Source: Octopus vulgaris | Taxonomy: Eukaryota | Direction of reading: 5' to 3' | Assembly: GCA_951406725.2 (NCBI GenBank) | Contig: OX597815.1 | Span: 173,104,001-173,168,000 of the forward strand | Length of the DNA stretch: 64,000 bases | Shown here: piece after piece, positions 12,854-28,102 of the stretch | Layout of the letters: each line of letters opens with the position of its first letter | How positions within the stretch are numbered: position 1 is the stretch's first letter | Program-made: the position numbers and the translations under genes | Notes under the pieces: generated by a model | What the model was told of the DNA's origin: nothing | The model's database searches: none | Seen by the model: the letters and a program-made list of their open reading frames with translations, nothing else

Positions 12854-14591
12854 AAATCTCAGGTTAGTTTCAGCAGTCATGCAACAATTATGCTGAAACT
12901 AATACATATAGCTGATCTTTCTTTCAGTTCCACTCAGACCTAACAGGACTGGCTTTCATTATACTACTCATACTTTTCAGGCCTTGTGTTTATAATAGAA
13001 AAGATTATACTTCTCATAATGACATTTCCATGCACAAAACTATATTGTGTTGTCTGACTTTTTGTCTCACTGTACAAACTTCAGTTTAATAATCTCTTCT
13101 GGTGTGACTTCAAATGTATTTGTCGCAGATATGAAGCAATTAATTGAACTGGTTTCAATGACAAATTTGATGGTTTGTTACTTTAAAGATAGCATATCAG
13201 AATTTATAAGGGGAAAAAAAAATATAGATTGGTACAATAACCCTTAGGTAACAAGTATGAATTATTAATCCAACAAAAACAGCAACAAAAGACATTTTGT
13301 CCTTAATCTTCATGCAACCATTTAGTTATAAAGTTGGTTATAATTTTCATCAGTAAAAATGTTTCAGGTTTTATTTGACAAATTAAATTGCAAGATGTTG
13401 CAAACATTTCAATAAAATATAAGCAAATTCAGATAATGGATTATTTTGTTTATTTTACCAAAGTAAACTTTTCAATAATGTAAAAAATGTAATATATTTA
13501 TGCCATGTTTCCTTCAATGAAATGATCCAGTTACAGAATGTTTGCTAAATTAACCATGACAATGTTTACATGCATATCATCACTGGTTTCAATATAAATT
13601 AAAAACAAATTATATTTTCTTATCCACAGTTCAACATACAAACTATGGAATACACTATATATTAATCTATTTATCAGTTGCTAGGCACCAGTGGATTGCT
13701 GAAAAAAAATCCAGACAAAGCCATTGTTAACAATAACAGCACACAATTAAAAATCTTTAATAAATTAAAATATTTAAATTTCAATATGAGAGCTAACTTT
13801 TGTATGTTGTGAAATTAAATATCCAGATATAATTCCAAACCAAAGGTTGATCACATAAGTAATATATTTGTTATTCACTTTTAAAAATCTTAAATTACAA
13901 TCATTGGAAACAATGCTTGGAAAATAAAAGATTAAAGCAGAGTAAATTGAAAGTTAAAAGAATTCAGAGGCTTTAGACTGAAATATTTCATAACTCTTTA
14001 AACTATTTAAGACCAACCTTCCAACGAATTTAAATGAAGAACTGTTGATAAAGCTGAAATTATAAATAAAATAACAGCACTCCATTGCGTAGCCACATAC
14101 ATTATCTAGCTTTTACCACCTTGAAAATATTATTGTTCAATTTTTAACGCTGATCATTATCTGTTTGACATGTCTGTCATCTGGTGACACAAATGCTAAA
14201 GTGACCTAATTGAGTAAAAGGAAAATATATAGCTCTCGTTTCTCCTTAAAAGAGGTATTCAAACAGTTTAAATGTTTTGAAAGAAACCGTGTTAGGATGA
14301 TGAAAAAAAATCTTTCATCATTTTAATCTCTAATTGTAAAGAAAAGTTGCATTCTCTTGATATTATATTTTTCTCAGATCATTAGTTTATTAGCAGAAAA
14401 AGTTCGAGGTGAAAGTAGAAAAAGGTTTCTTAACTGAACTCATTTGGAAGAGAAAAAAAAAACAAAACAAAACTGGATATTACTTGGAACTTCCAATTTT
14501 TAAAATGAGATGAATTGAGATCATTGATAACTATTTGATATGATATGACTTTATATCATTCTTTTCTAAATCCTTTGTCAATTAAACAAGT

Positions 14592-15572
14592 TCAAGTAGT
14601 GTCCAGGCCTTTGGCTTGAATTAACGACACAACATAAGGAATCCCAGAAGTTTCTAAATCACTGTTACTGTCTCGTTCAAGTTCAATTTTGATAGGATAA
14701 GAGTCTTTGGCACTTTTAGTGTGAGGACTGAAATCTTCAGTATTTGAGTGAGATAAATTAGATAAAGAATCTTCAGGTAGTTCTGAAGATTTTAGACGCT
14801 TTGGAGGTGGAGGACTTTTTGGGTCTTCATTATCACAGTAAGAATGTGGTTGCCAAGGTTCTGATAAATCATCGTGGACAACAATATGTGTGTCTGAGTG
14901 TCTTGAAGGGAAAGAAGATAAGAAATCTTTTTTACTGCACCTTTTTTTCAAAGGACTTGATGGTTCTTGTTTTAATCCTACAGAATCATTGGCATAGCCT
15001 GAAACTGAAGAGTCTTTATCAGCTGAATAAAGGATCACCGGAGGAACTGATTGTTTTGTTTGGAACTGTATTTGATTTGTCATTGATTCTGTAGCTAAGT
15101 TCTGTAACTGTTGCACTGGTTTCGAGATTGATGGAGTAATATCACTATTGGGTAAACCCATGAAAGATACACCAGTTGATAAAGATGGGCCATCAGTTTT
15201 AGGCATTGTATCCATTGTATTAACAATCTCTGTTGAAATGGCATCCCTAATAATGCCTGGAGATTCAGTTGGTTGAGAGATTAAGGCCTTAGTTGTGACA
15301 GGATTGTCAATAGAACTCAAAACCTGCTTCCGATAAAGTTTACACATATCTAATAGATCACTTAAACCAAGGATTTTTGCAATATGCTCCATATCCTCCA
15401 ATACCTCCTCATTAAGGGAGACAACACCTTCATACATATATTTAGCAAATGCCCATAAAGCATCACCACCAATATCCTGAGAAAATGTCAACTGGAAACA
15501 ACCTGATGTTACAGTGGCATTTGGCAATGTTAAAAGTTGTGGACTAAGAGCAATCAACACAACTTTGTGAAC
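14592..15572 (-). CDS. Terminal exon of the BTB gene: C-terminal half of BTB/POZ domain plus S/P-rich disordered tail
   Basis: ttttctag|GTT acceptor, phase 0; VHKVVLIALSP...AKYMYEGVVSL...IAKILGLSDLLDMC is a ZBTB/Kelch-type BTB; basic NLS-like PPPPKRLK; SUMO-consensus LKQE and IKIE. Confidence 0.9.
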   Translation of the reverse strand, partial: VHKVVLIALSPQLLTLPNATVTSGCFQLTFSQDIGGDALWAFAKYMYEGVVSLNEEVLEDMEHIAKILGLSDLLDMCKLYRKQVLSSIDNPVTTKALISQPTESPGIIRDAISTEIVNTMDTMPKTDGPSLSTGVSFMGLPNSDITPSISKPVQQLQNLATESMTNQIQFQTKQSVPPVILYSADKDSSVSGYANDSVGLKQEPSSPLKKRCSKKDFLSSFPSRHSDTHIVVHDDLSEPWQPHSYCDNEDPKSPPPPKRLKSSELPEDSLSNLSHSNTEDFSPHTKSAKDSYPIKIELERDSNSDLETSGIPYVVSLIQAKGLDTT

Positions 15573-16542
15573 CTAGAAAAGAAAGAACACATATTTATAG
15601 AAAAACAATAAAAGCAGAATATTTCAAAGAATCACATTAAAAGCCTAACTGAACCCCAAACCCTGCAAAAATAAATTATTAAAAAATATATTTTGTGTAC
15701 AGAGACATAACACATTTCTTTGATTGGAAACATTAACACATTATTGACTTAGGAAATTAGGAAACTATTTTATAATTTAGGAAGAAAAGAGAAGATGAAT
15801 AATCCTTTGTATTCTAATAAATAGTGCATGATCATGAATAATCACAATATTACATTTCTTCATATATTTGCTCTTAACTTACATAGGCTAGAAACACAGG
15901 ACTCTATATACTTCTAACACAAGGTATGTTGAGAATCTGCCTCACAAAAAAATAATAAAAATTATGTATTAATGTATGTACGTATGTGCATACATGCATA
16001 CATACACACGTATATGTCTGTAAACTTGTGTCTTCATGTCATGACATTGCGTGATTGCTGTAAATGAATGTCCTTTATTTTCAATATTCTGTGGAAACAC
16101 GTCTGGCTATGGTGAAATATTACCAAGCTTAGAAACAAGGAAGGGTTGGCAGCAGGAAGGACATCTGGCCATAGAAAATCTACCTCAATAAACTCTGTCT
16201 GACCCATGAAAGCACGGAAAAGTAGACATTGAAACAATGATGATATATACACATACATAGTTGTCTCTTTGTTTGCATGGTTTAGTTTTAGCAATCTTTC
16301 TTTTACTTTTTTTCTTAACCAGTCAAAGAGCCCATGAGATTTCAGGTATCATAAACAATATTCATAATTTCAAACAAATCTGTTGTTGATTACACTGAAA
16401 ACAATTCATTGGCTTGTTTGGCAAATGCAAGTGATTTAAAATATAATATTATTATCAATTTCAATTTTCCAATTTTGATTGTTTTCATTACATTTAATTT
16501 TTCTTTTACCCACTTCACATTGTGGACTCCAATATGATATAT

Positions 16543-17590
16543 TATCATCATCTTTTAACATCTGTTTTCCTTGCTGGCATGGGTTGGATGGTTTAACAGG
16601 TGCTAGCCAGCTGAAGAGCTACCCGAGCTCCATGTCTGTTGTGGTATGGTTTCTACAGCTGGATGCCCTTTCTAATGCCAACCATTTCACAGAGTGTACT
16701 GGCTGCTTTTACATGGTACTGGCATAGGTGCTTTTTATGTGGCACCAGCACCCATGAACCAGTAAGATTAGGATCACTCAGCTGAAAAGGGATCCAGAGG
16801 TCATGCCTGTATGCAAGGACAACCACAATTTTACTTAGCTTGATGTGTCTTCTCAAGCAAAGCAAATCACTAGAAGTTTCAGTTCCCTGTTGTCCCCTCT
16901 GTGAGATACAACATTTGAAGATCCTTTTTTACCACTTCATCCCATGTCTTCTTGGGTCTATCCCTTCACAATAAGAGATCAGCATTTCTTGATGCATCTA
17001 CCTGCATTTATAAGCATTACATGAACATACCATTGCAGTCTTCTCTCTTGTACACTACACGTGATGCCTTGTATACACAGTTTTTCTCTCAAATCACTTA
17101 TACTCAGTCGTATATGCACACTGACATTACCCATCTGGCTTCATTTTTTTCATGCCTTCACATGTCATCAATAGTCACAGCTCATGTCTCACTGCCATGT
17201 AGCATAAATGTTCATGCACAGGCATCATACAATCTGCCTTTTACTCTGAGAGAGAGACCCTTCATTACTAACAGAGTAGCAGATCTCTGAACTTTACCCA
17301 GTGCATTCTTATTCTAGCAGCTATGTTTTCAGAACAACCTCACCTAAGTAACAGAAACTGTTAACTACTTCTAAGGATCACCCCGACATTTGAGGGAGTC
17401 TATTTTTTTTAACATTCCTAGTGTTTAATGTACTTGCACATTAGCCATGTGTAAAGACTACTGTCTCTGTTAATTTTCCAGTGATGTTATTGCACCTCTT
17501 ATGTGTCCAAAACTTGCACTGAGTATACCATTTGGAGTTTCTCCCAACAGCATTTCTACATGTCAAGCAGGGCCTTCACCCTGAAGAGAT
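16543..17590 (-). mobile_element. Degenerate RTE LINE fragment (RT C-terminus and 3' tail)
   Basis: Reverse-complement homology to 47150-48478; (ATC)n end. Confidence 0.8.
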
Positions 17591-17842
17591 CTGTCATTTG
17601 TCCCATATTTGTTATCTCGTATTAATAATGTAGACTGTCAGTGGAACCATTAAGTTAACCCCTATTTTAGCAGGGAAAATTGGCTTTAAAATACTTGTTA
17701 TGTGCTATAATGTCTGTGCTCATGATTTGGATTAGCAGCTGATATTAACATACTAAAGGAAAATACTTAAATAATAAAGAAAAACAAGTGTACATGAATA
17801 GATACAGAGTTAGATAATCATGATTTGATATTTAATACTTAC

Positions 17843-18005
17843 CATAATTTTCATTGTTCCATTTCCAATGGAAGCATCACAGAGTTTACCTTTTTTCCAA
17901 AGATTGGTCATATTGGAGAGCATGTGGCCCTGATGTTTGTGCACAACATATGAATGAGTAGGGTTTTCAACTGTTTTCATAAACGTTGTTGGTGTATTCT
18001 GCTCA
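17843..18005 (-). CDS. Internal exon: N-terminal half of BTB domain (shared constant exon)
   Basis: Acceptor tttctctttatgtacag|T (phase 2) and donor ATG|gtaagt (phase 0); HQGHMLSNMTNLWKKGKLCDASI joins VHKVVL to complete the BTB. Confidence 0.88.
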
Positions 18006-21000
18006 CTGTACATAAAGAGAAATGAAATATAATACATGATGGATGTTGGATATAAATTGACAAAAACATTAAAAATAAATTAAAATATTGCAATTCAATT
18101 GTTAACATTTTAGTAGTCACAAATATTTGCACCAAACATAGCTGAAGGGTAGTAACTGATACCTCCACTGATACCCTCACCTAGCTTATTTTGTAGTCAG
18201 GTCTCATTTTTACAATAACTGCCACCACAAAATGCTCAAAATAAAAATGAAGAGGCTTATAACATGAAGTAAAACTCAATTGCAACATTATTCATCAATC
18301 CAGCTTTAGAAACAATTCAGATGAGATGAGTGCTACGTCACTTATTTGAAAATCATCACACTAAAGACAATTATATCATACATTATTCTGCTACATTCTA
18401 CCAAATTTTATCATCCCAGAGCAGAACAACATCTTTTATACCTTTTTCTGGTGTGTATGTCACAGAGAAATAAATAAACATATATATATAATGTGTAAAG
18501 CAATACCATGTTAAAAAACAAATGTTAAAGTTACAGAACATTAATGAAATGTATTCACAGAAATCTCTCCCTCTCTCATATGTGTGTGTTATGAAAACAG
18601 AAACTGACTCTACATTGCTAGACAAAACAAACATTCTAAAAGAAGTTAAGTAATATTTCATTTCTTTAAGAAAATTCAAAGACTTTTATATAAAGAAACT
18701 ATCACTTCTATGTTTTCTTTTATTTATATATACACACAAACACACACACACATATGCATAACTGTTGTGTGTATATGTGCATGCACATATATAAGCACAT
18801 AATATATGAATAGTGAAATTTACATTTAATAGCATTTAATATAAAATTCTGTCAACAATATTTTACAACATAATGCTACCATAAATCAAAAAGCTTGCTC
18901 CAATAGCAAGCAAAAATAGGGGGAAATAGGTAAAGTAAGAGCTTAGGACTCCAGACAGAAACACTGCATTCACTTTTATAGATAGAAATATGTATAGATT
19001 CGCAGTGACCATACCGCTCATGATGTATGAAATAAAATGTTTTGGTTTCACTTTTAAATGTTATGCCAACAGAAGTAAAACATGGTTGCATATTTCTGCA
19101 AATGCTATGTAACAGTAACTGATTACTTAAGTAACCTTATTCAACTGTTCCAATTTTCAAAATGAGAAGTACATGGACATGAAAGATCTTGCAAGTGAAG
19201 AAAAAAAAATATGATAACAAATGTTATATTAGTAAATTACAGAAGAAAATCATTGAATAATCTAATAAACATACTGTCAAACCTGTCTCAATAACTTAGA
19301 TCAGCTTTAAAATTGTTCACTACCATTTGTTGTCAAGCCTACAAGAAATGGCAGTGAAATCTCTCACTTCTTAAAAAGAGGAAAGACACAAGTCAATGTA
19401 GTTTTAGATACATTATGTCTGAATAAAAATAGGTTGATCATAGATGGAACAGCTTTGAATAGAGGTCTACTCATTCAGGGATAATCTGGGGTTAAAACAA
19501 CACTTATTCACCTTTCTGAATGGACCCTGCATCTGTCTGTAATAATCGTATCACAAATTCAATAAACAAAAAGTTATTTAACCCAGCAAAACAACTTCAG
19601 ACACTTAACATTACCCTAAATCTAGATTTATTAATTCAAATAATTAAGGCTTACAAATACCAGGACCTGGCATTTAATTAGTTTTCTTTAGACTATCCAG
19701 TAGCTGTATAATTGCCTAAATGAGATGATAATGTAACTAATGCTTGCAAAGAATAAACTAGCCACATCCTAATTTAGTTATAGTAACAATTGAAGAGATT
19801 GCACCCATTCCAAATAACAGTTTTAGAACATACAGAGACTTTTAAGGGCACAACTAAGTTTTACTTTCATGACCATCATTCTGAAGGTATTTCAGCTGAA
19901 ACCAACCCATCTCTTTTTCCAGTAGATAATACAATCCATGATTGTATTATCCAGGGTAACCCACTTCTAAAGACAACAGGATGTAGTTTGGAAGAAATTA
20001 GGCTGTTATTTTTACCAGGTCAAGTAATCATAGAGTAGTCATGGGCAAACTACAGCCTATAGGGCTTTCTGAATGGCACACCTAAATGAAAAATTACCTT
20101 CAGTCTTTTTAGTAGTGTGACCCACCTGATGATGAACATCTCATGTAGTCTGCTTCTCAAAATAGGTTGCCCATACCTGACAGAAAATTCCTTAAAACAG
20201 AATGGCAATCACATTGCAAGACACAATGATACATAAACATAGATAATTCATTCCATGCATTCATCCCACAAAAATGCGTAAAAACATAAAATCCAAATTA
20301 CCCAAGTGACATAGTCAGCTTGATAAAAAACCAGGAACAACCACCTTAAACAAAACACTAATACCATACATAACAGAATTAAATTTCATTGAGAAATTAA
20401 ATAGAAAATGAACCAGAGAAAAGAAAGCTGTTAAAAATATGTACCTATGATAAATCACAAAACAAGCAAATTTATATTAAAAATTCAACTGACCCCCCCC
20501 CCCAAAAAAAAAACCCCCCAGCATTACAGGGACTCAACACTCACATACACGCCTTCAAAATCCCTGAAGAGGACTTATGTTTGATATCACCAACTCACAT
20601 ATTCCTCTTTGAAACTTGCAAAAAGAATTCAGATAACTTCACTCAACCACAATAATTCACAAATCTTATTCAAGGAATACATGATGGCTTCTGCAATGAA
20701 AGAGTCCTCTCAGGCACTATATAACTATTATCAATAGAAGCAAAGCATTTGACTTATTTCTTTATATTCACATATTAACAAACAATTCAATTCCATATGA
20801 GAAAAGAAATTTTTAAAATGTTGGCTCTAACATGAAACAAGAAACATTGGATTAATAGGAAACCTCTACACAATTCATTGACCTACTAGAAATAGTAGCC
20901 ACATATCCAACAAATACTTTATCAGCTTAACAAACGGGACACATTTGGATAATAGAGTCTTAGCTATAATATGTATGAAAAAAGGTGGGATCGTCATAGT

Positions 21001-21989
21001 TGGAATGCATTCAGCTATACATCTATCTGGTCAAAGTAGACCTAGGGTTAAACAACAATAACAGGTATACAAATAACAGACTGAACCAAGACTCCCACAG
21101 AACATCCTATACAATTAAAGGGTGACTACTTGGTTGTTTCAACCTGCTACAAAAGTAGCTCAGATTACACTCTTCCAGATACACTGGATAATGCAGTCTT
21201 AGATATGCAAAAGATGAGGCATTGCACTCTGTAAAGTGGTTGGTATTAAGAAGGGCATCTAATCACAAAAACCTTGTCACAGATGACATTGGAGACCAAT
21301 GCAACTCTCAGGCTAGTCAGATCCTGTCAAACCATCCAGCATGGAATACGGGTGTTAAATAATGATGATGAATCATGGCTGCAATACTTTCAGTCATACA
21401 TGAGTATGCATGGTCAAGGCTGACCTGAGGTTAAACAACATCAACAATCAAATATGGCCGAGATCACTCTGCGGTCATCTTTTAGACAGAGGTGAGGATA
21501 TCTAGAGCAATAGATCTTTATATTGCACTTTGTTGTTTAACCAATAACCAATAATCTAACTGAACAGCTACACAGTAATTAAGCCTGCTAGATATAGTAG
21601 GCAAATTCCTGTCAGATTATATTCTCCTGTCTGAAAATGCATTAGTTGCAATGTCTTTGATTAAAGGTCTGTTGAACAACAAACTACACTCAACAACCTG
21701 CTTGAAAAGGGTTAACCAAGTGAAGTGCTTTAAACATTAGCCTAAGTATTTGTAAGTTGGTGTTAATATTGGATAGTAATTGCAGATTTCTATGAAGCAC
21801 TAGTAACTGCATTATAACAGATATCTGTTCAAATGTTTGAGCATGATGCAGAACTACATTATAGCGTGTTTGTTTCTATATATTTTCACATTCGTTTTAA
21901 GGCCTGTAAGACTATGGTCAGCTAAGGAAACCTGTTAAGATCAAAACATTTCTGGAGTTGTCACTGTATGTACCTAAGATCAAACTATA

Positions 21990-22370
21990 GGTGCAGTGTA
22001 ACAGTGTGAGAAGAGGCTTGTTTCTTAATCATATGGTCTTGGGTTCAATCCCATTGTGTGGCACCTTATGCAAGTATTTTCCACAATAACTCCAGACCAA
22101 CCAAAACCTTGTGAGTGGATTTCATAGATGGAAACTGAAAGAAGCCTGTTGCGCATGTGTGTGCTTTTGTGTTTTTGTTTGTTCCCCACCACTGCTTGAC
22201 AACTGGTGTTGGTTTGTTTATGTCACCATAACTTAGCTGTTTGGCAAAAAGGGTTCAACAGAATAAGTAACAGGCTTAAAATAAGTACTGGGGTCGATTT
22301 GCTTGACTAAACCCTTCAAAGGAGTAGCCCAGCATGGCCACAGTTCAAAGACTGAAACAAGTACAAGATG
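21990..22370 (+). mobile_element. tRNA-derived SINE, full length, diverged
   Basis: gggttcaatccc B box, core, tail agcatggccacagttcaaagactgaaacaag. Confidence 0.75.
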
Positions 22371-23925
22371 ATACAATTTTCAACAAATTTGGACTCCAGA
22401 GTTGTCTTCCTTGCCTTTGACAATAATTATTATTCTTCACACTAATGATTTTCTTCAGCGTAATTTTTAATTTTAATTGATTTAACATTTCTTTTTAGGT
22501 TCACTACATTATGTTAATCCCTAGTTATGCTTTTTTGCATACAGAAGACAACTCTGAGAAAATTTCCCATGTTATAACTAGTATGCCAATTATATACGTA
22601 TAGAGATTTTGTTGAGAATTCTATGAGTGAAGTAGCCTTGATCAGTGTGAGAGAGTTGTAATCCCTTTGCAACCCATTTAGTTTAGTCCTAAAGATATGT
22701 CTAAAGTGGCCAAGACAGTAGATTTTGGAAAGTTTTTAGTCACTAATGCGTTATTAAGGACTAAAAATGTTAACAGGTGAAGGATAAGCTTAAACAGACA
22801 GGACAGGATTTGCTTTCATTATATAATTGTTGTTGTTTATCTGGGTCAGTTCTGATCCAGCATATCTATGATTAAAAGCACTCCATTGTGACCATCACAT
22901 CTTTTCCAGACATAGTGTATTTAGGGCTGCATTATTTAAGTGTCCTTCTAAATTTTTAAAAGATAGTGAAATGCTAGGTATATGCATAAAATCCATGGCT
23001 ACGTGATTAAAAGCAAAAGAAGTACAAAGGGTTATCAATGATGTAGAGATTATAGTGTCTAAGAGGTGAAGTATAAATCATCTTGAAAAATGAGAGACAA
23101 ACAAGATACTTTGTATGTCTTTTAAAAGGAATGCAACAGAGTCATGTTTCAGACAGAAGACATACCTGACATTCTGCAAGTTTGTTTTTTGTGTGGTTTG
23201 TAAAAGCTAATTTTGTGAAAATCTGTTGAGCATGTATATTGTATGATGTAATATTGCAGTTACTTTTCTATAAGCTAATCATAGGAGTATTAGCATTGCC
23301 TAGGACATTTGCAGAGGTTTCTCAACTGGCAAGATTGAAGAAGAACTGATTTAGTGGTCAATGAAGAAAGTCACTCAAAACTACTTAACTAGTTGAGCAC
23401 AGGTTCCAAATTGTGAAGAAAATATATGACTATGTGCCATATGATAGGGCAGCTTCCCTATATAATAATCAAATTTTCAGCTTCCTATGGTATCTAGTGA
23501 CAGCCCACTGGAAAACCTTTTCAACATGTACACATGCAGTAATGAAGTAGCACTACACAATGGAAGATGCAGTTGGAAGTTGCGCATCAAGATATTGGTA
23601 CCATCCACAAACCTGAATATCTGGACTTTGCAACGAAAACAACTACACTTAATGCACTCAGGAACTAGTGTACCCTTTTATTAGGCCTATGACCCCAAAA
23701 ATGTTTCAGCACAGGTCTGTTTGTTCTATTACAGAAGCTGACTTACTGTAGTCAAAGCCTTTAATTATGCAGCAGTTACATACAATTCCGAGTGAACAAA
23801 ACTACTAGGTGAGTTGTCTTTGTAGCAGCTCAATTGTTGATTGCAAATTTGCAAGATTACTAAGAGTGTAGGGATTCACTGAAATCATTGAAGAGCTGTC
23901 TACAGGTGCAAGAAATATATATATA

Positions 23926-24836
23926 TTGGGTCATCCCATAAAGAATAGCGGTTTTCTCAGTTGCATGAACTAAAAGTCAGAGGGAGACAGGATAAACTAC
24001 CTGCATCAACTTGCTATAAAAGCAGGTAGTAAATTTAACTTGACCTTATTCTTAGTTCAACTTTTGAAGAGTGCTGTTCAATTTTAACAGTTATTTTTTC
24101 AAAGCTATACTGGAAGTGGCAAAGGAGCATATTCAGCATATTTTGCTTTATGAGTTCAATAAAGGCAACAATGCAATGGAAAGTGCAAGGAATTATTAAT
24201 GCAGTATATGGGGATTAGACAATAAGCATAAGCCAGTTTCAATGATGGTTCCAGAAAATCCAAGCTGGAAACTATAGCCTCGAAGATGACCCTTGTCCTG
24301 GAAGATCTGTAGAGCTCAACAAGGACTTCCTGCAAACTCTGGTGGAACAGAATTCCATCATAACTGTTGTTGAACTAGCAGAGAAGCTTGGATTTGGTCA
24401 TTCAACCAGTCATTCAAGTCAGCGCTAGAAGAAAAGCAACCATCTTTGGTTTCAAGATGAAAGGTGTTCTTCCATCAGGATAATGCTCGGCTACATACAA
24501 AAAGGACGACATTCTAAAGGATGGAGCAGTTTGAATGGGAAACGATGCCCCACCAACCATATTTGCCAGACATTGTCCCATCTGATTATCATTTATTCCA
24601 CAGTTTCCAAAATCATTTGGACTGAAAAAACATGAACTCTGTAGACGAGGTCAGAACAGTACTGGAGGAGTATTTTTGTCACAGACAAGTGAATTTTGGA
24701 AGAAGGGCCTTGCAAGTCTACCAGATAGATGGAAGAGCATTGTAAAAAATGAAGGAGAGTATATATTTTAGATTAAAAAAGAACTTTATCTTAATTTTGA
24801 AAAATAAAGGAAGTATAAAAAATCCACATTATTTAT
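23926..24836 (+). mobile_element. Internally deleted mariner, family A copy 2
   Basis: TA|TTGGGTCATCCCATAAA left TIR; colinear with copies 1 and 3 apart from a deletion near 24415; many stops. Confidence 0.88.
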
Positions 24837-25499
24837 ATATGTGTGTATATATATATACCTGGGTGAAAGTGTACATGACTTAGAGAGAGAAACAGTATCG
24901 GTAATACTGGAAGTGTAACAGAGTTTAACAGAGATCAAAGATAGACATATTTTAGAATTAGGGTTAGCTAATGAATAGTTATTAAAGGACATAAAATGTC
25001 TAACCAGTAACTACTACTTGCTTCGGAAAGAATAATTCAAATAGGGTAAAAATAGAATTGTGTAGAACACAAGAGGATGAAAAAATTGTAATAAAGGTTG
25101 AGAATAATAGTACACATACACAAACAAAAATAGAAGTATAGTCACATATATAAACTATACTTTCCATATGCTTTGGTAAGTGAGGAAACTACACAAGTGA
25201 CAGTATTTCATTGTCATAGAAATGTGTGATGTCCCGCCCACATCCTCTCCATGGCCACTAACTTACAAGAACTTTGATGTTACTAGTCTAGAGTCCCAGC
25301 AAAATGTTTTCAGCACACTTATACATATGCACACAAATAAACTTAAAAAAAGATATATAAAAATATTCATGTATAAAATTATATATATAACCTTTAGGTT
25401 ATGAAATTTGCTTTTTAATCATGTGATTTTGAGTTCAACACTTTTAAGTTGGTGTCTTTTACTTCAGTCTTGGTTTACTGAATGTCTATTGAATGATGT

Positions 25500-25860
25500 G
25501 GAGGCACAATGGCCCAGTGGTTAGGGTAGCAGACTCGCGGTCGTAGGATTGAGGATTTGATTCCCAGACTGGGTGTTGTATTTATTGAGCAAAAGCACCT
25601 AAATCTCCACGAGGCTCCAGCAGGGGGTGGTGGCAAATCCTGCTGTACTCTTTCACCACAACTTTCTCTTGCTCTTTCAACCTGTTTCTGTTGTACCTAT
25701 ATTTCAAAGGGCCAGCCTTGTCACGCTGAATCTCCCCAAGAACTATGTTATGGGTACACGTGCCTGTGGAGTACTCAACCACTTACATGTTAATTTCATA
25801 AGCAGACTGTTCCATTGATCAGATCAACTGGAATTCTCGTCATAACCAACGGAGTGCCAC
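25500..25860 (+). mobile_element. tRNA-derived SINE, third family
   Basis: A-box tggcccagtggttag and degenerate B box gatttgattccc; body unlike the other SINEs here. Confidence 0.6.
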
Positions 25861-28102
25861 TGAGTGATATTTTGTAGATGGAAATTGTGTGAAACCTTAT
25901 GCAAGAGATGACAAAGGACAGTGTTGATTGGTGATATGCAGTGTTGGAGAAAACCTCTATTCAGCAATGTAAGCATGACAAATTGAAATTCACAAGGATA
26001 ATGGTAATGATGTAGACTGAGAGGTATACATTTTATGTGTATCCGTTTGCATGGGTATGTAGGTATATTTACAGCCTAGTTGACTATCACTGTTTTTTTT
26101 CTGTACTGTGACATTATTTCACTTCTCTGACATCCCTAGCCATTCATATGAATGGGACCTCTCCCATCATCCTTATCACCCAACCCCTTCTACTTACACT
26201 TTCATTTTCCCCATCATCCTTATCTGCCTATTTGTATGGGCCCCCACTAACTACCATACTCACCATTTGTTAACCCATCTTTAGGAGACCACACAACATT
26301 GGACCTGTTGTGTCCAGTACACTTTACTCTAATCTTCATCTTTCCCTCTTCTTGTTCACTCTACCTGCCATTATACTCTTACTTCTTTTCACCCACATAT
26401 CCTTGCTATCGCTCTCTCTCTCTCAAGCACATGGATCATCTTGCCACTGTTACTGCTCTATTCTCTTGCTCACAATTCACTGATTGTACATACTTGCTTC
26501 AGAATACTGAGTACCATTCTTATGACTATCATCCATACCTCTGTTTATCTTATCCTTAATGCTTCCCACTCTATAAACAGGTTCATGAGCAAGAAGTCAT
26601 GGAGTCAAGAGGTTTCTTCAGTCATGTCATAGACATAGCTACCTCTGAAGCACTGATGCTTTGAAAAAAATACTCAATACTTTTTTCTGCAAATTACTTG
26701 GAACTTGCAATACTGCAAAGTAGCTGGAACAAGGAAGGGCATCTGGCCATAGAAACCAAGCTGAGAATGAAACCCACAAGTGACATATAGTCTTCCAGCC
26801 CAACTACATTAGCAGCACCCTCAAATGTGCTAACTTGAACCATACTGACCACCAATCCATACCAGCATCGCTGGTGTAGATATAAATATTTAAGCAGTGT
26901 ATGATTAGAAAACCTATGATAAATTTAAAGTAGACAAACTTCAGTTTTTAAGCTTTTTGCTGTGGTGAATATATTTTTTTTATTCTTCAAGTACACAGAA
27001 TAATAAAGGAGATTGTCCTGACATGTTCCACAGTTTGTTAACCACTCATTTGATGGGCAAGTACCCCATTATTCTTCTGCCCACAAAAAGAACTTACAGT
27101 AAATTGCTATTTAAATTAAACACAAATAGAATTTATATGTAAAGGCTAGACTAACTGTATTGTCAGCCGTACGTTGAAGTAACAGATAAACTTAAAGTAG
27201 TTTAACCATTGTTTTTGAGGGCTTTTTTTTGTTGTTGTAGGACTTTTAAACAGATATTGATGAACACGATGATGATGATGATTATTCTCTTTATACACAG
27301 AAAAATAAAGAACACATTGACAACTGATCAGACAATCAGTACCCCTTCTCTTTCACTTTTTAAAGGTAAATTTGGACAAGTTTGTCAAAATTTACCCTTT
27401 GTAATGCACCTTCATTACATCGTGAGTGAATGAACACACCATAAAGTAGTAAGTACTAATGGGGTACGAAGCAAACTAACTGTACCATCATAAAATGCAT
27501 CCAGTCAAAACAACGCAGGGTCGAGAGGACATGCCAATCTCTTTAGTTGTGATGCCCCGAAAAATGCACACAATGCATTCTGTAAAGTGGTTGGTAATAA
27601 GAAGGGCAGGTACCCCACCCCTCCGGCCCAAAGTGAAACATACAAGCGAGAAGTTAACATTGAACCCCTTCAAGGAAAGCACAACCACGCACGTACATAT
27701 ATAAATGTCAGTTGCAATAAAATGTATTCAACTGTTAAAGTGAAAGTCACAAAACATTAGACACACACATGTATCTTTAAAGTATTTCTCAAGCGAAATA
27801 AGCGTGTGACAAAGCTGAATTATTATTACATAAACACAAACACTACATTACACACAGGACGGACCTCTGCAGTTTCCGACTACCAACCTCCACTCCATGA
27901 CATTGGTGAACCCGAATGCATCGCAGAAAACACGTGCGATAATTTTGGTTTGACATACAAACATTATATATATGTGTGTGTGTGTGTTTATTGCATGTAT
28001 GGTGTATGCGTGTGTGCAAATTAAAAAGCTTGTTTTTAAATATAAGAATTGTTCTATATAACAAAAATCTTGAGACTGGGGACGATCGTGTAAAAGTTAT
28101 GC

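Noticed and set aside
17810-18037. Standalone 75-aa ORF starting MYYISFLF
   Set aside because: Its N-terminus is the translated polypyrimidine tract and its C-terminus is intron; the real exon is 17843-18005
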